The notes beneath the pieces were generated by a model. It was given only the letters and a program-made list of their open reading frames with translations. It ran no database searches and was not told the DNA's origin. A DNA stretch of 63,594 nt, counting the filler, from Thraustochytrium aureum (taxonomy: Eukaryota), in the NCBI GenBank assembly GCA_012862495.1. It is 5 parts of 4 records of this genome, joined end to end, with 100 filler letters (N's around TTAATTAATTAA, not from the genome) between each part and the next. Parts side by side here need not be neighbours in the genome. Positions count along the whole stretch, not along the records: positions 58,199 to 62,255 come from BLSG01000154.1; positions 62,356 to 63,594 come from BLSG01000158.1; 3 more parts are not named here. One strand, written 5' to 3'. Shown here piece by piece: positions 58,099 through 63,594 of this stretch. The position numbers and the translations under genes were made by a program. The first letter of the stretch is position 1. Every line of letters starts with the position of its first letter.

Positions 58099-58198
58099 NN
58101 NNNNNNNNNNNNNNNNNNNNNNNNNNNNNNNNNNNNNNNNNNTTAATTAATTAANNNNNNNNNNNNNNNNNNNNNNNNNNNNNNNNNNNNNNNNNNNN
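58099..58198. other. Artificial scaffold-joining linker
   Basis: N44-TTAATTAATTAA-N44. Confidence 0.97.
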
Positions 58199-58246
58199 AA
58201 TCAGAATCTGATTGATGCGGCATGAGATCGATCATGATTCATGATT

Positions 58247-58602
58247 CTTCAGTTCTCGCAAGGGCCGCAAGCGAGTCCTCAGGCTGACGTGGCGTTTCGC
58301 TCGCGCTGTGCTGGACCTGGCCGCGCTGCAGCCGCACGTGCAGTTTTGCGCTGGGACGCGCTGCGAGTGATCAGCATCCATTGATGGGGCATGAAACTCG
58401 AGTACTTCAGTTCTCGCAAGGGCCGCAAGCGAGTCCTCAGGCTGACGTGGCGTTTCGCTCGCGCTGTGCTGGACCTGGCCGCGCTGCAGCCGCACGTGCA
58501 GTTTTGCGCTGGGACGCGCTGCGAGTGATCAGCATTCATGGATGGGCCATGATCGATCGATTCTTGCAAGAAGGTCCTGGCGTGGCGCTTCGTTCGCGCT
58601 GC
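58247..58602. repeat. Direct repeat, 158-bp period (2 near-identical copies plus a degenerate third)
   Basis: CTTCAGTTCTCGCAAGGGCCGCAAGCGAG...GAGTGATCAGCAT at 58247 and 58405; remnant from ~58561. Confidence 0.9.
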
Positions 58603-58729
58603 ATGCGACGAAAGCAGCGCAAACCGGGGCATCGCGCGAAGCGACGAGGAAGAAGAAGGAAAAGGGCAAATTGAAATGTGTGGAATCGTCGGCGGGCGGC
58701 ACGAAGGACAGCCGCGGACCGGCGTGCGC

Positions 58730-60559
58730 TCAGACAAACACGCGAGCGACAAACCCAGAGATCGGCGGCATCAACACCGTCCCGCTCTCCAGCTGCCCAC
58801 AAAGCACCTGCGGCACGCATCCCTCAGGGACAACACGGCTACCAAGGACCGAGTGCTTGAAGCGAGCCTCGCGCGTGGCGAGGTTGTAGACGCAGACGAG
58901 GGTCTCCTCACCGAGGGAGCGAGTGAATGCCAGGATCTCCGGCGTCGTGTCGAGGAACTCGATGTCCCCGATGAGGAGCACCGGCTTGGAGCGGCGCCAG
59001 GCAAGGATCTCGCGGAAGCGGTTGAGGACAGAGTCTTCGTCTTCGTCCTGCAGGTCGACCGACTTTTTGACGTGCAGGTCCGAGACCGGGAGCCAGGGCT
59101 TGCCTTCGGAAAAGGCGGCGTTCTTGCCATCGTGCACCCAGGGCAAAGGCGTGCGGCACCCGTCGCGGCCCTTAAACTTGGGCCAGAAGGTGATCCCGTA
59201 CGGGTCCTGTAGCTGCTCGAACGTGAGCTCGGCCTCCTCGAGGCCGAGCTCCTCGCCTTGGTAGATGCAGATGCTGCCGCGCAGCGTGACGAGCATAGCC
59301 GTCAAGAGCGACGGGAAGCGCGAGAGGAGCTGCGGGTCGGCCTTGACCTCCGAGCCCCAGCGCGTGACGACGCGCTCCACGTCGTGGTTGCCGATGGCCC
59401 AGCACGGGAAGCCGTCCTTGACGCGCGCGTGGAAGTCGCCCACCGTCTTCTTGATGTGCGCCGCTGACGAGTCCGCGGTGAGGAGCTCGAACGAGTATGC
59501 GGTGTGCAGCTTGTCAAAGTTGGACGTGTACTCGGCCATCGTGCCCAGGCTGTCCTCGCTCGAGACCTCGCCGAGGCTCATGGTGCCCGGGTACTTGTCG
59601 AGCAGCGCGCGCAGGCGCTGCAGGAACGGGAGCATCTCTGGGCGAGTGTTGTTGAAGTAGTGGTACTGGTACGCGTACGGGTTGTCTGTGCTGAACCCCT
59701 TGCCGTCGCGCAGCTCAATCGGCTTGGCTGGGTTGTCGCGAAGCTCGTCGTCGTGGAAGCAAAAGTTGATCGCGTCGAGGCGAAACCCGTCCACACCGCG
59801 CTTGAGCCAAAACTCGACGTTGTCCAGCACGTCCTGCTGGACCTCAGGGTTGTGAAAGTTTAGGTCGGGCTGCGAGACGAGGAAGTTGTGCAGGTAGTAT
59901 TGCTCGCGGCGCGAGTCGAATTGCCAGGCGCTCCCGCCGAAGATCGACATCCAATTGTTGGGAGGGCACCCGTCCTCGCGCGGGTCGACCCAGACGTAAT
60001 AGTCCGACTTGGGGTTGTCGCGGCTCTCGCGGCTCTCTGTGAACCAGGCGTGCTCGTCCGACGTGTGCGAGAGCACTTGGTCGATAATGATTTTGATCCC
60101 GTGCTGGTGTGCCGCCTCCATCATCTCGTCAAAGTCGTCGAGGTCGCCGAACGTGGGGTCCACCTGGCGGTAGTCGCTGATGTCGTACCCAAAGTCCTTC
60201 ATCGGACTCTTCATGAAAGGACTGATCCAGATCGCGTCCACGTTCAGCGAGGCAATGTAGTCCATGTGACGCGTGATACCCTTGAGATCGCCGATCCCGT
60301 CCCCGTTCGCGTCGCAAAAGCTGCGCGGGTAGACCTGGTAGATTACGGCGCCCTTCCACCAGGGCGTGTCCATTTCCTCTGGCGTTAGGCTGGCAGAGAC
60401 GGCTTTCGCCTTGGCCTTGCCGCTCGTGCGCACTGCTACTCGCTCTTTCTTCGCTCGGCGCTCGCCAGCGCCAGGTGCGGCGCTCCCGGCCGCGGCTTGG
60501 GAGGCCGTTTCGCCAGCGCTTTTGGCGCCCTTCGCCTTCATGAACTTGAGCCAGCCCAT
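58730..60559 (-). CDS. GH13 alpha-glucosidase (oligo-1,6-glucosidase/maltase type); frame is open upstream to 61771
   Basis: WWKGAVIYQVYPRSF.D.NGDGIGDL, DFGYD, QPDLN, GVDGFRLDAIN (nucleophile), GEV, GNHD, YQGEELG, GRDGCRTP. No introns in the catalytic domain. Confidence 0.95.
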   Translation of the reverse strand: MGWLKFMKAKGAKSAGETASQAAAGSAAPGAGERRAKKERVAVRTSGKAKAKAVSASLTPEEMDTPWWKGAVIYQVYPRSFCDANGDGIGDLKGITRHMDYIASLNVDAIWISPFMKSPMKDFGYDISDYRQVDPTFGDLDDFDEMMEAAHQHGIKIIIDQVLSHTSDEHAWFTESRESRDNPKSDYYVWVDPREDGCPPNNWMSIFGGSAWQFDSRREQYYLHNFLVSQPDLNFHNPEVQQDVLDNVEFWLKRGVDGFRLDAINFCFHDDELRDNPAKPIELRDGKGFSTDNPYAYQYHYFNNTRPEMLPFLQRLRALLDKYPGTMSLGEVSSEDSLGTMAEYTSNFDKLHTAYSFELLTADSSAAHIKKTVGDFHARVKDGFPCWAIGNHDVERVVTRWGSEVKADPQLLSRFPSLLTAMLVTLRGSICIYQGEELGLEEAELTFEQLQDPYGITFWPKFKGRDGCRTPLPWVHDGKNAAFSEGKPWLPVSDLHVKKSVDLQDEDEDSVLNRFREILAWRRSKPVLLIGDIEFLDTTPEILAFTRSLGEETLVCVYNLATREARFKHSVLGSRVVPEGCVPQVLCGQLESGTVLMPPISGFVARVFV

Positions 60560-62255
60560 CGTTCCGTCGTCGCTGCGGTCTTCTTCGCACGGGCGTTCGA
60601 GAAAAGTTGCGTCTGCGTCCGAGCTCGAGTCTTCGCCTGCTTGGTCGTCGCTCGCGCTGAGGCTGCTGAAGCTGCTGCTCGTCGCAGCGCTGCCTGGTCG
60701 TTGTCGCTCCTGCGCCTGCGTGGAGTCGAGATAGCTCTGGGGTTTGGGTTCTGCTGCGGCCTCAGGGTTGTCGATGGCGTACGCTTGGATTGCTTGCAAT
60801 CGCGGCGCTGCCTGAACCTCGGACTGCGGTAGCCCTTGAAGGTGGCTACAACAGCGAAGGCTCGGCGCTGCGGCGCAGTCTTCCACCTGCCTGGCAGTGA
60901 TGAGCGCAGCAGGGTTGCTAGCGACTGCTCGTGTCGTTGAACAAGATGATGCGGCTGGCTGCGGGATCCTTTGGGCTTCGACGTAGGGCTCCTCGAAAGT
61001 GGGCACTTCCATGCCTTGTGCACGGCGTGGTTGGCTCGGCCACGTATGGCGTCGATTCGTCGTCTGCCGCTGATCTGCGCGTCTTGTGCGGCGAGCTTTT
61101 CCGGTGAGCCACTTGCTTTGCCGCCAGAAAGCGCAATGCGGGTGGGTTGGGTCACTTTGTGTTGCCCACTGCGTGCCGCTTCCCTGCCTGGCTGCCGAGC
61201 AACGTTTCGAAAGTGAGCCGTGTTCGAGTCTGATTTCGTCCAGCGTGTGGATACACTGCCCGAACTTTGTGCTGGGACGCGCTCTTGTGCATGAACTTGA
61301 AGGGCGCACCGCCTGCTTGCCTGCCTCGCCGCCTCCTCTGTCTTTCTTGCTAGAGCTGGCCTTGTCTCGAGTTGCTTCCTCCCCTGCCTGGCTCGACAGG
61401 CCAGCTCGCGGGCGGAGGGAGAGGCACTTTCGATGGGCTTTGGCTAGCTCAGGCCCTCCAAACGATTGCGCTCGCAAGGGGGGCTGCCGACGTCGCTGCA
61501 GGCTAGCGCTTCCCGCTGGCTCTGGCACCGCTGCGAGCCTCCGTCGGTCAGCGGGATGGGCAACGAGACAGACGACGCAAAACGTGCCAGCGCCGACGAG
61601 GAGAACCCGACCACCGACGTCAAGGAGGATGTCGGATCCCCTCCTTGCCGACGCGTTGGCCATTGGGCCTCGCGCCTCCTGATTCGTACCAGTGTCGTCG
61701 TTGGCGGCCCAACGCCACGTCGTCGAGGCCAGCCGAAAGAAGCTCGAATCACACAATACCTGAAGACACACGAGCTCCTGCAGGAGAGCGGAGTGTACAC
61801 CCAGCTCCTCATCAGAGTTGTACTACCACGGAAGGCAGACTCGGAGCCGCCATGAGATCATGAGGATCATGACATCTGCCCTGCGCAAACGGAGCTGCGC
61901 AAACGGAGCTGATGGCAGGCATGTTGATTGATCGTGAGTGCTGATGAGGCGAAGGAGCAGTATCGCAGGTTTACACTCTTGAGGTGACCTGCGACGTCAT
62001 TGCCACTGTGGGACAACGTCGCGGCTGCCGTGCGTGGCCGCATGGAAGCGCAGCGGTTGCGTGCGCCGGGGAAAGGCGCACGGTAGCCGAGTACGTACCT
62101 ACTCCATGTGCATGCACGGTTTTTAGTAGTCGGGCGCGCTTTGCTTGGGGCGCGTTTTGCTTGGGGCGCGTTTTGCTTGGGCTGTTTCTCGGCGGCTGCA
62201 TCCAGGCGACCCGCCAGGCGTCCTGCGCGTGGAGTATCCATCCATCCATCCATCC

Positions 62256-62355
62256 NNNNNNNNNNNNNNNNNNNNNNNNNNNNNNNNNNNNNNNNNNNNT
62301 TAATTAATTAANNNNNNNNNNNNNNNNNNNNNNNNNNNNNNNNNNNNNNNNNNNN
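62256..62355. other. Artificial scaffold-joining linker
   Basis: N44-TTAATTAATTAA-N44. Confidence 0.97.
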
Positions 62356-62362
62356 TGCAGAG

Positions 62363-63163
62363 ATGCGAGAGGCACTTGGGAACCGCTTGCCAACCTTCAC
62401 GGCGGAAGAGTCCGCCGCCCTCCTCGGCTCGTCCGACTTTTTCGGACTCAACCACTACTCGACCCACATGGTGGGTCGCATGAACCCTTGCGTGGCGATC
62501 GGGTCCTTGCCCAAGGAGATTCGCCTCCTCTTCAAGTCCTCGGGGTCGACTGGCAAGGCGTTCAAAACGCTGTTCGGATTTCTGGGCAACTCGTACCTGA
62601 AGGACATTGGCGCGCTCACCTACCCGGACCCCAAGGACTGGGCCTACACCGACATGGGGTGGGCGATCGTTCCGTGGGGAATCCGCAAGCTGCTCTGCTA
62701 CATCCAGGCGCGGTACGCTCCCAAGGGCGGGATCGTCATCACCGAGAATGGCTGCGCGATCAAAGAGAGCTCGCGCACAGAGGCGCTCGACGCGACCTCG
62801 GCGCCGGCGCGCAAGCGCGTCCGCTTTATGCACGACTACCTTGGTGCCGTGCACGAGGCAATCCAGCAAGGCGCAGACGTGCGAGCCTACTTTTGCTGGT
62901 CGCTCATGGACAACTTTGAGTGGGCCTTCGGCTACGCTAAGCGCTTCGGCCTCATCCATGTAAACTACGCCTCCGAGACGCTCGACCGCTCACCGCGCCC
63001 TGTGGCGTTCTGGTACACCGAGCTTATCCGCACGGGAGCGCTTCCGGCCCCAGAGCGCGCCTCGGCGCTGACCGCCCAAGCTGTCCTCAAGCTCTCGCCC
63101 AGCAGCCCAGAACCCGCGTCCGCGGCCGCCGCGGCCGACGAGGACGAGGTGGACGCGGAATAG
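62363..63163 (+). CDS. GH1 beta-glucosidase, C-terminal part
   Basis: DFFGLNHYST, TDMGW, ITENG (nucleophile), WSLMDNFEWAFGYAKRFGL. The 5' part is cut by the scaffold edge. Confidence 0.93.
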   Translation: MREALGNRLPTFTAEESAALLGSSDFFGLNHYSTHMVGRMNPCVAIGSLPKEIRLLFKSSGSTGKAFKTLFGFLGNSYLKDIGALTYPDPKDWAYTDMGWAIVPWGIRKLLCYIQARYAPKGGIVITENGCAIKESSRTEALDATSAPARKRVRFMHDYLGAVHEAIQQGADVRAYFCWSLMDNFEWAFGYAKRFGLIHVNYASETLDRSPRPVAFWYTELIRTGALPAPERASALTAQAVLKLSPSSPEPASAAAAADEDEVDAE

Positions 63164-63594
63164 CCCCCGAAAGCAGAGCGACTGACTCGTCCTTCGATAG
63201 ATACTTAGATACCAAAGTAGAGTATCCTTCTCCCCGCATGCCATCGCCTGCGCCGTTGCGGCCTCCGCGGCGCTCGCTCGCTCGCGCGGGAGGGCGTCAG
63301 TCCTGGCGCCGGCTGCCCCGCTGCCATGGTCGGTTCAGCTCAGACAGCTGACGAGCTCCGACCACCGAGCTAGCCAGCTCCCTGCCGCAGCACCCAGACA
63401 GACACACGCGAGCTGGCGCCGCGAGCTCCTGCGGTTGGCTCCCCTGCGGTTGCTGACTCCCCTGCGCGGCGGACCTCGCGGCACGGACGTTGCGCGGCTT
63501 GCGCTGGCTGCAGGCCCGAGGGAACGGGCGAATGGCCTCCGCCGTGCCCGACACAGTCGGCGGCAGGGCGTTGCCTGCAAACAGCTTCCCTGAA

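Noticed and set aside
58730..63163. GH13 + GH1 as a sugar-utilisation gene cluster
   Set aside because: An artificial linker at 62256-62355 separates them, so the adjacency is not biological evidence.

Overview
This is GC-rich eukaryotic nuclear DNA, not prokaryotic. It has short GT-AG introns with CTGAC-type branch points, microsatellites, and genes for Leo1, HBS1, Tim13, CLU1, FTase-beta and a myosin. The gene density and content fit a flagellated heterotrophic protist; a stramenopile or labyrinthulomycete is a low-confidence guess. The window is not one natural locus. Four artificial 100-bp linkers (N44-TTAATTAATTAA-N44 at 14531, 44786, 58099, 62256) join five separate scaffolds, and there are many internal N gaps. 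About 25 genes or gene fragments can be supported. Several carry 1-nt frameshifts (about four in CLU1 alone), so assembly indel errors are likely and pseudogene calls are uncertain. I see no rRNA, tRNA, CRISPR array or recognisable transposase, and no convincing multi-gene novel system. The most interesting single-gene oddities are: (1) HET-E/NWD-like WD40 repeats with a SAM-like domain inserted between blades; (2) a tubulin-tyrosine-ligase-like ATP-grasp protein with a type II membrane anchor; (3) a full-size PDR-type ABCG transporter spliced to a 14-Cys ectodomain plus TM helix; (4) a tandem pair of orphan 7TM proteins; (5) an intronless, proteobacterial-looking GH13 alpha-glucosidase; (6) a subtilase with a [15 protein letters not shown] module. 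Non-coding oddities are an AT-rich long fold-back near 33.3 kb and a recurrent intergenic 10-mer, GTACCTACTC.
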